A stretch of DNA of 64,000 nt from NCBI RefSeq assembly GCF_009914755.1, contig NC_060937.1; one strand, written 5' to 3'. This DNA is from the human T2T-CHM13v2.0 reference genome, Homo sapiens. Below are positions 42,251 to 57,600 of the stretch, piece by piece. Under the pieces are notes generated by a model. The model was given only the letters and a program-made list of their open reading frames with translations. It was not told the origin of the DNA and did no database searches. The first letter of the stretch is position 1. Each line of letters opens with the position of its first letter. Position numbers and translations under genes: made by a program.

Positions 42251-45200
42251 TTCATATTTTATGTACAGTATATAATGTATAGTTTGGGTACTTTGATATT
42301 TTATGTACACTATAGAATATATATCTGGTGTACTTTGATATTTTATGTACAGAATAAAATATATATTTGATGTACTTTCATATTTTATGTACAGTATATA
42401 ATACATGCTTTGGGTACTTTGATATTTTTTCTACAGTATAGAATATATACCTTGGGTAATTTGATATTTTATGTACAGTATATAATGTATGGTTTGTGAA
42501 CTTTGATATTTCATGTAGAGTATAAAATATATATTTGGGGTACATTGATATTATATGTACGGTATATAATCTATATTTGATGTACTTTCATATTTTAGGT
42601 ACCTAATATAAAATATATTTGATGTAATTTCATATTTTATTTACAGTATATAATGTATAGTTTGGGTACTTTGATATTTTATGTACACTATAGAATATAT
42701 ATCTGGTGTACTTTGATATTTTATGAACAGAATAAAATATATATTTGATGTACTTTCATATTTTATGTTCAGTATATAATACATGCTTTGGGTACTTTGA
42801 TATTTTTTGTACAGTATAGAATACATACTTTAGGTACTTTGATATTTTATGTACAGTATACAATATATTTTTTGTGAACTTTGATATTTCATGTAGAGTA
42901 TAAGATATATATTTGGGGTACATTGATAATTTATGTACAGTATATAATCTATATTTGAAGTACTTTCATATTTTATGTACCTAATATATATTTGATGTAA
43001 TTTCATATTTTATGTACAGTATATAATTTATAGTTTGTGTACTTTGTTATTTTATGTACACGATAGAATATATATCTGGTGTACTTTGATATTTTATGTA
43101 CAGAATAAAATGTATATTTAATGTATTTTCATATTTTATATACAGTATATAATGCATGCTTTGGGTACTTTGATATTTTTTATACAGTATAGAATATATA
43201 CCTTGGGTACTTTGATATTTTATGTACATTATATAATATATAGTTTGTGAACTTTGATATTTCATGTAGAGTATATAATATATATTTGGGGTACTTTGAT
43301 ATTTTATGTACAGTATATAATCTATATCTGATGTACTTTCATATTTTATGTACCTAATATAATATATATTTGATGTAATCTCATATTTTATGTACAGTAT
43401 ATAATGTATAGTTTGGGTACTTTGATATTTTATGTACACTATAGAATATATATCTGGTGTACTTTGATATATTATGTACAGAATAAAATATATATTTGAT
43501 GAACTTTCATATTTTAGGTACAGTATATAATACATGCTTTGGGTACTTTGATATTTTTTGTATAGTATAGAATATATACCTTGGGTACTTTGATATTTTA
43601 TGTACAGTATATAATATATAGTTTGTGAACTTTGATATTTCATGTAGAGTATAAAATATATATTTGGGGTACATTGATATTTTATGTACAGTATATAATC
43701 TATATTTGATGTACTTTCATATTTTATGTACCTAATATATATTTGATGTAATTTCATATTTTATGTACAGTATATAATTTATAGTTTGGGTACTTTGATA
43801 TTTTATGTACACTTTAGAATATATATCTGGTGTACTTTGATATTTTATGTACAGAATAAAATATATATTTGATGTACTTTCATATTTTATGTACAGTATA
43901 TAATACATGCTTTGGGTACTTTGATATTTTTTGTAGAGTATAGAATATATACCTTGGGTACTTTGATAATTTATGTACAGTATATAATATATAGATTGTG
44001 AACTTTGATATTTCATGTGCAGTATAAAATATATATTTGGGGTACTTTGGTATTTAATGTACAGTATATAATCTATATTTGATGTACTTTCATATTTTAG
44101 GTACCTAATATAAAATATATTTGATGTAATTTCATATTTTATTTACAGTATATAATGTATAGTTTGGGTACTTTGATATTTTATGTACACTATAGAATAT
44201 ATATCTGGTGTACTTTGATATTTTATGTACAGAATAAAATATATATTTGATGTACTTTCATATTTTATGTTCAGTATATAATACATGCTTTGGGTACTTT
44301 GACATTTTTTGTACAGTATAGAATACATACCTTAGGTACTTTGATATTTTATGTACAGTATACAATATATTTTTTGTGAACTTTGATATTTCATGTAGAG
44401 TATAAGATATATATTTGGGGTACATTGATATGTTATGTACAGTATATAATCTATATTTGAAGTACTTTCATATTTTATGTACCTAATATATATTTGATGT
44501 AATTTCATATTTTATGTACAGTATATAATTTATAGTTTGTGTACTTTGTTATTTTATGTACACTATAGAATATATATCTGGTGTACTTTGATATTTTATG
44601 TACAGAATAAAATATATATTTAATGTATTTTCATATTTTATATACAGTATATAATGCATGCTTTGGGTACTTTGATATTTTTTATACAGTATAGAATATA
44701 TACCTTGGGTACTTTGTTATTTTATGCACATTATATAATATATAGTTTGTGAACTTTGATATTTCATGTAGAGTATATAATATATATTTGGGGTACTTTG
44801 ATATTTTATGTACAGTATATAATCTATATCTGATGTACTTTCATATTTTATGTACCTAATATAATATATATTTGATATAATGTCATATTTTATGTACAGT
44901 ATATAATGTATAGTTTGGGTACTTTGATATTTTATGTACACTATAGAATATATATCTGGTGTACTTTGATATATTATGTACAGAATAAAATATATATTTG
45001 ATGTACTTTCATATTTTATGTACAGTATATAATACATGCTTTGGGTACTTTGATATTTTTTGTACAGTATAGAATATATACCTTGGGTACTTTGATATTT
45101 TATGTACAGTATATAATATATAGTTTGTGAACTTTGATATTTCATGTAGAGTATATAATATATATTTGGGGTACTTTGATATTTTATGTACAGTATATAA

Positions 45201-45640
45201 TCTATATTTGATGTACTTTCATATTTTATGTACCTAATATAAAATATATTTGATGTAATTTCATATTTTATTTACAGTATATAATGTACAGTTTGGGTAC
45301 TTTGATATTTTATGTACACTATAGAATATATATCTGGTGTACTTTGATATTTTATGTACAGAATAAAATATATATTTGATGTACATTCATATTTTAGGTA
45401 CAGTATATAATACATGCTTTTGGTACTTTGTTATTTTTTGTACAGTATAGAATATATACCTTGGGTACTTTGATATTATATGTACAGTATATAATATATA
45501 GTTTGTGAACTTTGATATTTCATGTACAGTATAAAATATATATTTGGGGTACTTTGGTATTTAATGTACAGTATATAATCTATATTTGATGTACTTTCAT
45601 ATTTTATGTACCTAATATAAAATATATTTGATGTAATTTC

Positions 45641-45665
45641 ATATTTTATGTACCCCAATTACATA
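45641..45665. other. Inversion breakpoint 2 (- to + switch) at a shared GTAC
   Basis: ATATTTTAT[GTAC]CCCAATTACAT: GTAC at 45650-45653 can be read as part of either orientation. Confidence 0.93.
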
Positions 45666-48600
45666 TTATATACTGTACATGAAACATCAAAGTTCACAAA
45701 CTATATATTATATACTGTACATAAAATATCAAAGTACCGAAGGTATATATTCTATACTGTACAAAAAATATCAAAGTACCCAAAGCATGTATTATATACT
45801 GTACATAAAATATGAAAGTACATCAAATATATATTTTATTCTGTACATAAAATATCAAAGTACACCAAATATATATTCTATAGTGTACATAAAATATCAA
45901 AGTACCCAAACTATACATTATATACTGTACATAAAACATGAAATTACATCCAATATATATTATATTAGGTACATAAAATATGAAAGTACATCAAATATAA
46001 ATTATATACTGTACATAAAATACCAAAGTACCCCAAATATATATTATACACTGTACATGAAATATCAAAGTTCACAAACTATATATTATATACTGTACAT
46101 AAAATATCAAAGTACTAAAGGTATATATTCTATACTGTACAAAAGATATCAAAGTACCCAAAGCATGTATCATATACTGTACATAAAATATGAAAGTACA
46201 TCAAATATATATTTTATTCTGTACATAAAACATCAAAGTACACCAAATATATATTCTATAGTGTACATTAAATATCAAAGTACCCAAGCTATACATTATA
46301 TACTGTACATAAAATATGAAATTACATCAAATATATATTATATTAGGTACATAAAATATGAAAGTACATCAAATATATATTATATACTGTACATAAAATA
46401 CCAAAGTACCCCAAATTCATATTCTATACTGTACATGAAATATCAAAGTTCACAAACTATATATTATATACTGTACATAAAATATCAAAGTACCCAAGGT
46501 ATATATTCTATACTGTACAAAAGATATCAAAGTACCCAAAGCATGTATCATATACTGTACATAAAATATGAAAGTACATCAAATATATATTTTATTCTGT
46601 ACATAAAATATCAAAGTACACCAAATATATATTCTATAGTGTACATAAAATATCAAAGTACCCAAACTATACATTTTATACTGTACATAATATATGAAAT
46701 TATATCAAATATATATTACATTAGGTACATAAAATATGAAAGTACATCAAATATAGATTATATACTGTACATAAAATATCAAATTACCCCAAATATATAT
46801 TATATACTGTACATGAAATATCAAAGTTCACAAACTATATATTATATACTGTACATAAAATATCAAAGTACCCAAGGTATATATTCTGTACTGTACAAAA
46901 AATATCAAAGTACCCAAAGCATGTATTATATACTGTACATAAAATATGAAAGTACATCAAATAAATGTTTTATTCTGTACATAAAATATCAAAGTACACC
47001 AAATATATATTCTACAGTGTACATAAAATATCAAAGTACCCAAACTATACATTATAAACTGTACATAAAATATGAAATTACATCAATATATACTATATTA
47101 TGTACATAAAATATGAAAGTACATCAAATATAGATTATATACTGTACATAAAATACCAAAGTACACCAAATATATATTTTATACTGTACATGCAATATCA
47201 CAGTTCACAAACTATATATTATATACTGTACATAAAATATCAAAGTACCCAAGGTATATATTCTATACTGTGCAAAAAATATCAAAGTACCCAAAGCATG
47301 TATTATATACTGTACATAAAATATGAAAGTACATCAAATATATATTTTATTCTGTACATAAAATATCAAAGTACACTAAATATATATTCTATAGTGTACA
47401 TAAAATATCAAAGTACCCAAACTATACATTATATACTGTACATAAAATATGAAATTACATCAAATATATATTATATTAGGTACATAAAATATGAAAGTAC
47501 ATCAAATATAGATTATATACTGTACATAAAATACCAAAGTACCCCAAATACATATTATATACTGTACATGAAATTTCAAAGTTCACAAACTATATATTAT
47601 ATACTGTACATAAAATATCAAAGTACCCAAGGTATATATTCTATACTGTACAAAAAATATCAAAGTACCCCAAGCAAGTATTATATACTGTACATAAAAT
47701 ATGCAAGTACATCAAATATATATTTTATTCTGTACATAAAGTATCAAAGTACACCAAATATATATTCTATAGTGTACATAAAATATCAAAGTACCCAAAC
47801 TATACATTATATACTGTAGATAAAATATGAAATTACATCAAATATATATTATATTAGGTACTTAAAATATGAAAGTACATCAAATATAAATTATATACTG
47901 TACATAAAATACCAAAGTACCCCAAGTATATATTATATACTGTACATGCAATATCAAAGTTCACAAACTATATATCATATACTGTACATAAAATATCAAA
48001 GTACCGAAGGTATATATTCTATAGTGTACAAAAAATATGAAAGTACGCAAAGCATGTATTATATACTGTACATAAAATATGAAAGTACATCAAATAAATA
48101 TTTTATTCTGTACATAAAATATCAAAGTACACCAAATATATATTCTACAGTGTACATAAAATATCAAAGTACCCAAACTATACATTATATACAGTACATA
48201 AAATATGAAATTACATCAAATATATATTATAATAGGTACATAAAATATGAAAGTACATCAAATATAAATTATATACTGTACATAAAATACCAAAGAACCC
48301 CAAATATATATTATATACTGTACATGAAATATCAAAGTTCACAAACTATATATTATATACTGTATATAAAATATCAAAGTACCCAAGGTATATATTCTAT
48401 ACTGTACAAAAAATATCAAAGTACCCAAAGCATGTATTATATACTGTTCATAAAATATGAAAGTACATCAAATATATATTTTATTCTGTACATAAAATAT
48501 CAAAGTACACCAAATATATATTCTATAGTGTACATTAAATATCAAAGTACCCAAACTATACATTATATACTGTACATAAAATATGAAATTACATCAAATA

Positions 48601-51600
48601 TATATTATATTAGGTACATAAAATATGAAAGTACATCAAATATAGATTATATACTGTACATAAAATACCAAAGTACCCCAAGTACATATTATATACTGTA
48701 CATGAAATATCAAAGTTCACAAACTATATATTATATACTGTACATAAAATATCAAAGTACCCAAGGTATATATTCTATACTGTACAAAAAATATCAAAGT
48801 ACCCAAAGCAAGTATTATATACTGTACATAAAATATGAAAGTACATCAAATATATATTTTATTCTGTACATAAAGTATCAAAGTACACCAAATATATATT
48901 TTATAGTGTACCTAAAATATCAAAGTACCCAAACTATACATTATATACTGTACATAAAATATGAAATTACATCAAATATATATTATATTAGGTACTTAAA
49001 ATATGAAAGTACATCAAATATAAATTATATACTGTACATGAAATACCAAAGTACCCCAAATATATATTATATACTGTACATGCAATATCAAAGTTCACAA
49101 ACTATATATCATATACTGTACATAAAATATCAAAGTACCGAAGGTATATATTCTATAGTGTACAAAAAATATGAAAGTACGCAAAGCATGTATTATATAC
49201 TGTACATAAAATATGAAAGTACATCAAATATATATTTTATTCTGTACATAAAACATCAAAGTACACCAAATATATATTCTATAGTGTACATTAAATATCA
49301 AAGTACCCAAGCTATACATTATATACTGTACATAAAATATGAAATTACATCAAATATATATTATATTAGGTACATAAAATATGAAAGTACATCAAATATA
49401 TATTATATACTGTACATAAAATACCAAAGTACCCCAAATTCATATTATATACTGTACATGAAATATCAAAGTTCACAAACTATATATTATATACTGTACA
49501 TAAAATATCAAAGTACCCAAGGTATATATTCTATACTGTACAAAAAATATCAAAGTACCCAAAGCATGTATTATATACTGTACATAAAATATGAAAGTAC
49601 ATCAAATATATATTTTATTCTGTACATAAAATATCAAAGTACACCAAATATATATTCTATAGTGTACATAAAATATCAAAGTACCCAAACTATACATTAT
49701 ATACTGTACATGAAATATGAAATTACATCAAATATATATTATATTAGGTACATAAAATATGAAAGTACATCAAATATAAATTATATACTGTACATAAAAT
49801 ACCAAAGTACCCCAAATATATATTACATACTGTACATGAAATAGCAAAGTTCACAAACTATATATTTTATACTGTACATAAAATATCAAAATACCAAAGG
49901 TATATATTCTATACTGTACAAAAAATATAAAAGTACCCAAAACATGTATCATATACTGTACATAAAATATGAAAGTACATCAAATATATATTTTATTCTG
50001 TACATAAAATATCAAAGTACACCAAATATATATTCTATAGTGTACATAAAATATCAAAGTACCCAAACTATACATTTTATACTGTACATAAAATATGAAA
50101 TTATATCAAATATATATTACATTAGGTACATAAAATATGAAAGTACATCAAATATAGATTATATACTGTACATAAAATATCAAAGTACCCCAAATATATA
50201 TTATATACTGTACATGAAATATCAAAGTTCACAAACTATATATTATATACTGTACATAAAATATCAAAGTACCCAAGGTATATATTCTGTACTGTACAAA
50301 AAATATCAAAGTACCCAAAGCATGTATTATATACTGTACATAAAATATGAAAGTACATCAAATAAATGTTTTATTCTGTACATAAAATATCAAAGTACAC
50401 CAAATATATATTCTACAGTGTACATAAAATATCAAAGTACCCAAACTATACATTATAAACTGTACATAAAATATGAAATTACATCAATATATACTATATT
50501 ATGTACATAAAATATGAAAGTACATCAAATATAGATTATATACTGTACATAAAATACCAAAGTACACCAAATATATATTTTATACTGTACATGCAATATC
50601 AAAGTTCACAAACTATATATTATATACTGTACATAAAATATCAAAGTACCGAAGCTATATATTCTATACTGTACAAAAAATATCAAAGTACCCAAAGCAT
50701 GTATTATATACTGTACATAAAATATGAAAGTTCATCAAATATATATTTTATTCTGTACATAAACTATCAAAGTACACCAAATATATATTCTATAGTGTAC
50801 ATAAAATATCAAAGTACCCAAACTATACATTATATACTGTACATGAAATATGAAATTACATCAAATATATATTATATTAGGTACATAAAATATCAAAGTA
50901 CATCAAATATAGATTATATACTGTACCTAAAATACCAAAGTACCCCAAATTCATATTATATACTGTACATTAAATATCAAAGTTCACAAACTATATATTA
51001 TATACTGTACATAAAATACCAAAGTACCCAAGGTATATATTCTATACTGTGCAAAAAATATCAAAGTACCCAAAGCAAGTATTATATACTGTACATAAAA
51101 TATGAAAGTATATCAAATATATATTTTATTCTGTACATAAAATATCAAAGTACACCAAATATATATTCTATAGTGTACATAAAATATCAAAATACCCAAA
51201 CTATACATTATATACTGTACATAAAATATGAAATTACATCAAATATATATTATATTAGGTACATAAAATATGAAAGTACATCAAATATAAATTATATACT
51301 GTACATAAAATACCAAAGTACCCCAAATATATATTATATACTGTACATGCAATATCAAAGTTCACAAACTATATATCATATACTGTACATAAAATATCAA
51401 AGTACCGAAGGTATATATTCTATACTGTACAAAAAATATCAAAGTACCCAAAGCATGTATTATATACTGTACATAAAATATGAAAGTACATCAAATATAT
51501 ATTTTATTCTGTACATAAAATATCAAAGTACACCAAATATATATTCTATAGTGTACATAAAATATCAAAGTACCCAAACTATACCTTATATACTGTACAT

Positions 51601-54600
51601 AAAATATGAAATTACATCAAATATATATTACCTTAGGTACATAAAATATGAAAGTACATCAAATATAGATTATATACTGTACATAAAATATCAAAGTATC
51701 CCAAATATATATTATATACTGTACATGAAATATCAAAGTTCACAAACTATATGTTATATACTGTACATGAAATATGAAAGTACCCAATGTATATATTCTA
51801 TATTGTACAAAAAATATCAAAGTACCCAAAGCATGTATTATATACTGTACATAAAATATGAAAGTACATCAAATATATATTTTATTCTGTACATAAAATA
51901 TCAAAGTACACTAAATATATATTCTATAGTGTACATAAAATATCAAATTACGCAAACTATACATTATATACTGTACATAAAATATGAAATTACATCAAAT
52001 ATATATTATATTAGGTACATAAAATATGAAAGTACATCAAATATAGATTATATACTGTACATAAAATACCAAAGTACCGCAAATATATATTATATACTGT
52101 ACATGAAATATCAAAGTTCACAAACTATATATTATATACTGTACATAAAATATCAAAGTACCCAAGGTATATATTCTATACTCTACAAAAAATATCAAAG
52201 TACCCAAAGCGTGTGTTATATACGGTACATAAAATATGAATGTACATCAAATATATATTTTATTCTGTACATAAAATATCAAAGTACACTAAATATATAT
52301 TCTATAGTGTACATAAAATATCAAAGTACCCAAACTATACATTATATACTGTACATAAAATGTGAAATTACATCAAATATATATTATATTAGGTACATAA
52401 AATATGAAAGTACATCAAATATAGATTATATACTGTACATAAAATACCAAAGTACCCCAAATACATATTATATACTGTACATGAAATATCAAAGTTCACA
52501 AACTATATATTATATACTGTACATAAAATATCAAAGTACCCAAGGTATATATTCTATACTGTGCAAAAAATATCAAAGTACCCAAAGCATGTATTATATA
52601 CTGTACATAAAATATGAAAGTACATCAAATATATATTTTATTCTGTACATAAAATATCAAAGTACACTAAATATATATTCTATAGTGTACATAAAATATC
52701 AAAGTACCCAAACTATACATTATATACTGTACATAAAATGTGAAATTACATCAAATATATATTATATTAGGTACATAAAATATGAAAGTACATCAAATAT
52801 AGATTATATACTGTACATAAAATACCAAAGTACCCCAAATACATATTATATACTGTACATGAAATATCAAAGTTCACAAACTATATATTATATACTGTAC
52901 ATAAAATATCAAAGTACCCAAGGTATATATTCTATACTGTACAAAAAATATCAAAGTACCCCAAGCAAGTATTATATACTGTACATAAAATATGAAAGTA
53001 CATCAAATATATATTTTATTCTGTACATAAAGTATCAAAGTACACCAAATATATATTCTATAGTGTACATAAAATATCAAAGTACCCAAACTATACATTA
53101 TATACTGTACATAAAATATGAAATTACATCAAATATATATTATATTAGGTACTTAAAATATGAAAGTACATCAAATATAAATTATATACTGTACATAAAA
53201 TACCAAAGTACCCCAAATATATATTATATACTGTACATGCAATATCAAAGTTCACAAACTATTTATCATATACTGTACATAAAATATCAAAGTACCGAAG
53301 GTATATATTCTATAGTGTACAAAAAATATGAAAGTACGCAAAGTATGTATTATACACTGTACATAAAATATGAAAGTACATCAAATATATATTTTATTCT
53401 GTACATAAAATATCAAAGTACACCAAATATATATTCTATAGTGTACATAAAATATCAAAGTACCCAAACTATACATTATATACAGTACATAAAATATGAA
53501 ATTACATCAAATATATATTATAATAGGTACATAAAATATGAAAGTACATCAAATATAAATTATGTACTGTACATAAAATACCAAAGAACCCCAAATATAT
53601 ATTATATACTGTACATGAAATATCAAAGTTCACAAACTATATATTATATACTGTATATAAAATATCAAAGTACCCAAGGTATATATTCTATACTGTACAA
53701 AAAATATCAAAGTACCCAAAGCATGTATTATATACTGTTCATAAAATATGAAAGTACATCAAATATATATTTTATTCTGTACATAAAATATCAAAGTACA
53801 CCAAATATATATTCTATAGTGTACATTAAATATCAAAGTACCCAAACTATACATTGTATACTGTACATAAAATATGAAATTACATCAAATATATATTATA
53901 TTAGGTACATAAAGTATGAAAGTACATCAAATATAGATTATATACTGTACATAAAATACCAAAGTACCCCAAATACATATTATATACTGTACATGAAATA
54001 TCAAAGTTCACAAACTATATATTATATACTGTACATAAAATATCAAAGTACCGAAGGTATATATTCTATACTGTACAAAAAATATCAAAGTACCCAAAGC
54101 ATGTATTATATACTGTACATAAAATATGAAAGTACATCAAATATATATTTTATTTTGTACATAAAATATCAGTATACCAAATATATATTCTATAGTGTAC
54201 TTAAAATATCAAAGTACCCAAACTGTACACTACATACTGTACATAAAATATGAAATTACATCAAATATATATTATATTAGGTACATAAAATATGAAAGTA
54301 CATCAACTATAAATTATATACTGTACATAAAATACCAAAGTACCCCAAATATATATTATATACTGTACATAAAATATCAAAGTACCGAAAGTATATATTC
54401 TATACTGTACAAAAAATATCAAAGTACCCAAAGCATGTATTATATACTGTACAAAAATTATGAAAGTACATCAAATATATATTTTATTCTGTACATAAAA
54501 TATCAAAGTACACCAAATATATATTCTATAGTGTACATTAAATATCAAAGTACCCAAACTATACATTATATACTGTACATAAAATATGAAATTACATCAA

Positions 54601-57600
54601 ATATATATTATATTAGGTACATAAAATATGAAAGTACATCAAATATATATTATATACTCTACATAAAATACCAAAGTACCCCAAATACATATTATATACT
54701 GTACATGCAATATCAAAGTTCACACACTATATATTATATACTGTACATAAAATATCAAAGTACCGAAGCTATATATTCTATACTGTACAAAAAATATCAA
54801 AGTACCCAAAGCATGTATTATATACTGTACATAAAATATGAAAGTACATCAAATATATATTTAATTCTGTACATAAAATATCAAAGTACACCAAATATAT
54901 ATTCTATAGTGTACATAAAATAAGAAAGTACCCAAACTATACATTATATACTGTACATAAAATATGAAATTATATCAAATATATATTACATTAGGTAAAT
55001 AAAATATGAAAGTACATCAAATATAGATTATATACTGTACATAAAATACCAAAGTACCCCAAATACATATTATATACTGTACATGCAATATCAAAGTTCA
55101 CAAACTATATATTATATACTGTACATAAAATATCAAAGCACCCAAGGTATATATTCTATACTGTACAAAAAATATAAAAGTACCCAAAACATGTATTATA
55201 TACTGTACATAAAATATGAAAGTACATCAAATATATATTTTATTCTGTACATAAAATATCAAAGTACACCAAATATATATTCTATAGTGTACATAAAATA
55301 TCAAAGTACCCAAACTACACATTATATACTGTACATAAAATATGAAATTACATCAAATATATATTATAATAGGTACATAAAATATGAAAGTACATCAAAT
55401 ATAAATTATGTACTGTACATAAAATACCAAAGAACCCCAAATATATATTATATACTGTACATGAAATATCAAAGTTCACAAACTATATATTATATACTGT
55501 ATATAAAATATCAAAGTACCCAAGGTATATATTCTATACTGTACAAAAAATATCAAAGTACCCAAAGCATGTATTATATACTGTTCATAAAATATGAAAG
55601 TACATCAAATATATATTTTATTCTGTACATAAAATATCAAAGTACACCAAATATATATTCTATAGTGTACATTAAATATCAAAATACCCAAACTATACAT
55701 TGTATACTGTACATAAAATATGAAATTACATCAAATATATATTATATTAGGTACATAAAGTATGAAAGTACATCAAATATAGATTATATACTGTACATAA
55801 AATACCAAAGTACCCCAAATACATATTATATACTGTACATGAAATATCAAAGTTCACAAACTATATATTATATACTGTACATAAAATATCAAAGTACCAA
55901 AGGTATATATTCTATACTGTACAAAAAATATCAAAGTACCCAAAGCATGTATTATATACTGTACATAAAATATGAAAGTACATCAAATATATATTTTATT
56001 CTGTACATAAAATATCAAAGTACACCAAATATATATTCTATAGTGTACATAAAATATCAAAGTACCCAAACTATACATTATATACTGTACATAAAATATG
56101 AAATTACATCAAATATATATTATATTAGGTACATAAAATATGAAAGTACATCAAATATATATTATATACTCTACATAAAATACCAAGGTACCCCAAATAC
56201 ATATTATATACTGTACATGCAATATCAAAGTTCACACACTATATATTATATACTGTACATAAAATATCAAAGTACCGAAGCTATATATTCTATACTGTAC
56301 AAAAAATATCAAAGTACCCAAAGCATGTATTATATACTGTACATAAAATATGAAAGTACATCAAATATATATTTAATTCTGTACATAAAATATCAAAGTA
56401 CACCAAATATATATTTTATAGTGTACATAAAATATCAAAGTACCCAAACTATACATTATATACTGTACATAAAATATGAAATTACATCAAATATATATTA
56501 CATTAGGTACATAAAATATGAAAGTACATCAAATATAGATTATATACTGTACATAAAATACCAAAGTAACCCAAATACATATTATATACTGTACATGCAA
56601 TATCAAAGTTCACAAACTATATATTATATACTGTACATAAAATATCAAAGCACCCAAGGTATATATTCTATACTGTACAAAAAATATAAAAGTACCCAAA
56701 ACATGTATTATATACTGTACATAAAATATGAAAGTACATCAAATATATATTTTATTCTGTACATAAAATATCAAAGTACACCAAATATATATTCTATAGA
56801 GTACATAAAATATCAAAGTACCCAAACTATACATTATATACTGTACATAAAATATGAAATTACATCAAATATATATTATAATAGGTACATAAAATATGAA
56901 AGTACATCAAATATAAATTATGTACTGTACATAAAATACCAAAGAACCCCAAATATATATTATATACTGTACATGAAATATCAAAGTTCACAAACTATAT
57001 ATTATATACTGTATATAAAATATCAAAGTACCCAAGGTATATATTCTATACTGTACAAAAAATATCAAAGTACCCAAAGCATGTATTATATACTGTTCAT
57101 AAAATATGAAAGTACATCAAATATATATTTTATTCTGTACATAAAATATCAAAGTACACCAAATATATATTCTATAGTGTACATTAAATATCAAAGTACC
57201 CAAACTATACATTGTATACTGTACATAAAATATGAAATTACATCAAATATATATTATATTAGGTACATAAAGAATGAAAGTACATCAAATATAGATTATA
57301 TACTGTACATAAAATACCAAAGTACCCCAAATACATATTATATACTGTACATGAAATATCAAAGTTCACAAACTATATATTATATACTGTACATAAAATA
57401 TCAAAGTACCGAAGGTATATATTCTATACTGTACAAAAAATATCAAAGTACCCAAAGCATGTATTATATACTGTACATAAAATATGAAAGTACATCAAAT
57501 ATATATTTTATTTTGTACATAAAATATCAGTATACCAAATATATATTCTATAGTGTACTTAAAATATCAAAGTACCCAAACTGTACACTACATACTGTAC

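Larger units (their letters stand above)
2297..45653 (-). repeat. Satellite block 2, inverted orientation (about 43.4 kb)
   Basis: Reads GTACTTTGATATTTTATGTAC on + throughout, and the satellite-derived long ORFs move to the - strand. Starts TACTTTGAT at 2297 and ends ...TTTTATGTAC at 45653. Confidence 0.95.
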
